32,000 bases of DNA from a cyanobacterium endosymbiont of Epithemia turgida isolate EtSB Lake Yunoko (GTDB lineage Bacteria; Cyanobacteriota; Cyanobacteriia; Cyanobacteriales; Microcystaceae): positions 2,520,001 to 2,552,000 of the forward strand of contig NZ_AP012549.1 of the NCBI RefSeq assembly GCF_000829235.1, written 5' to 3'. The translations under genes were made by a program, and so were the position numbers. The notes under the pieces are model-generated. The model was not told the DNA's origin, made no database searches, and saw only the letters and a program-made list of their open reading frames with translations. How positions within the stretch are numbered: position 1 is the first letter of the stretch; each line of letters begins with the position of its first letter. Shown in pieces: positions 30,997 to 32,000 of this stretch.

Positions 30997-32000
30997 CTAT
31001 CGGCTTAGTATTTGCCTTATCCCTGCCATAATTTGTCCTAAAGCAATTCCACCATCATTGGGAGGTACTTTTCGGTGCCATACAGGTATTAATCGTTTTT
31101 GATTTAATCGACTGATTGCTTGTTCAGTTAAGTATTTGTTTTGAAAACATCCTCCTGTTAAAATAACTTTTTTTTCTGATATAATTTGAGAAATTTCAAT
31201 TATTACTTCAACTAGAGTATTATGAAATTTAGCTGAAATTTCTTCGATAGATAAATGTTTTGAAAGATCGTCCAAAATTTCTTTTATAATTAGCTGCCAA
31301 TCAACAATTAAAGGGAAATCGTTTCCTAATATTTCATAGGTATAGACTTTATCTGTTTTATAATTGATAGCTCTGTGTTCTAAGTCCATCGCTCCTTGTC
31401 CTTCAAAACTGGTCTGTTGACAAATCCCCAAAATAGAAGCCACCCCATCGAAAAGCCGTCCCACACTTGAAGTTAGCGGAGCATTCAAATTACGAGATAA
31501 CATCCGTTGAATTAATTTTAATTCTTTATTAGAAAAACTTTCAAATAATTGAGATATTTCTAAGCCATCAAAAGATCCAAACACTTCATAAAGTATGCCT
31601 AAAGCAATACGCCTCGGTTCCTTGACTGCCCGATGTCCTCCAGGCAATTTAAAAGATCGAAAATGAGCGACTCGTTGGTAACCATTATCAGTAACTAATA
31701 AAAACTCTCCCCCCCAGATTGTACCATCTTCTCCATAGCCTGTACCATCCCAAGCAACTCCTAAAACAGGTCCAGTAATTCCATTTTCTGCTATACAGGA
31801 GAGAACATGAGCATAATGATGTTGTACCTTAACCACCGGAAAACCTTGGGACTGAGCAAATTGACTTGAAAAATAGTCCGGATGTGCATCACAAGCGATA
31901 ATTTGAGGTTCAAAGTCATAAAGTCCTCTTAAACTGTCTATTACCTGATAAAAGGCACTTAAAGCTTGAGAATTACTTAAATTTCCAATATGTTGACTGA
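30997..32000 (-). CDS. hypF: carbamoyltransferase HypF, C-terminal part (5' end lies beyond the window)
   Basis: The track ORF 30997..31836 begins at an internal GTG. My translation upstream stays open to position 32000 (...SQHIGNLSNSQALSAFYQVIDSLRGLYDFEPQIIACDAHPDYFSSQFAQSQGFPVVKVQHHYAHVLSC...). It has HypF Kae1-like domain motifs: IACD.HPDY, VQHH.AH, GVAWDGTGYGEDGTIWGGEF and LTGGCFQN. Confidence 0.9.
   Translation of the reverse strand, partial: SQHIGNLSNSQALSAFYQVIDSLRGLYDFEPQIIACDAHPDYFSSQFAQSQGFPVVKVQHHYAHVLSCIAENGITGPVLGVAWDGTGYGEDGTIWGGEFLLVTDNGYQRVAHFRSFKLPGGHRAVKEPRRIALGILYEVFGSFDGLEISQLFESFSNKELKLIQRMLSRNLNAPLTSSVGRLFDGVASILGICQQTSFEGQGAMDLEHRAINYKTDKVYTYEILGNDFPLIVDWQLIIKEILDDLSKHLSIEEISAKFHNTLVEVIIEISQIISEKKVILTGGCFQNKYLTEQAISRLNQKRLIPVWHRKVPPNDGGIALGQIMAGIRQILSR

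Noticed and set aside
31836-31836. GTG at 31836 as the hypF start (the track ORF of 279 aa).
   Set aside because: The frame stays open upstream to the window edge and encodes canonical HypF sequence (IACDAHPDY...). The gene is simply cut by the window.

Overview
This window looks like an AT-rich cyanobacterial chromosome. The proteins resemble those of unicellular Crocosphaera/Cyanothece-type cyanobacteria, but that is recognition from memory; no search was run. There are 13 apparently intact, mostly housekeeping CDS: pdhB, secD, secF, murD, mutS2, gyrA, gyrB, an ABC-F ATPase, miaA, ctaA, ctaB, hypC and the 3' part of hypF. A partial DUF4213-like ORF sits at the left edge. These genes are embedded in about 14 kb of ORF-free, extremely AT-rich spacer DNA in blocks of 1-3.5 kb. 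Translating the spacers by hand recovered three decayed genes. One is a clear SPFH/band-7 (stomatin-like) pseudogene. The second is a probable chlL (light-independent protochlorophyllide reductase Fe protein) relic. The third is a possible C-terminal fragment of a P-type ATPase abutting mutS2. The spacers therefore look like gene graveyards, which fits mid-stage reductive genome evolution such as an obligately host-associated diazotrophic cyanobacterium; this is inference and cannot be proven from one window. The least explained signal is a population of long, perfect, mostly unique-sequence hairpin inverted repeats with stems of 14-25 bp, concentrated in the most AT-rich spacer DNA. One of them lies where the band-7 N-terminus should be encoded. 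gyrA also carries a perfect 5 x 18 bp in-frame tandem repeat (ETEELL)5. I found no tRNA, rRNA, CRISPR array, transposase or defence-type gene cluster.
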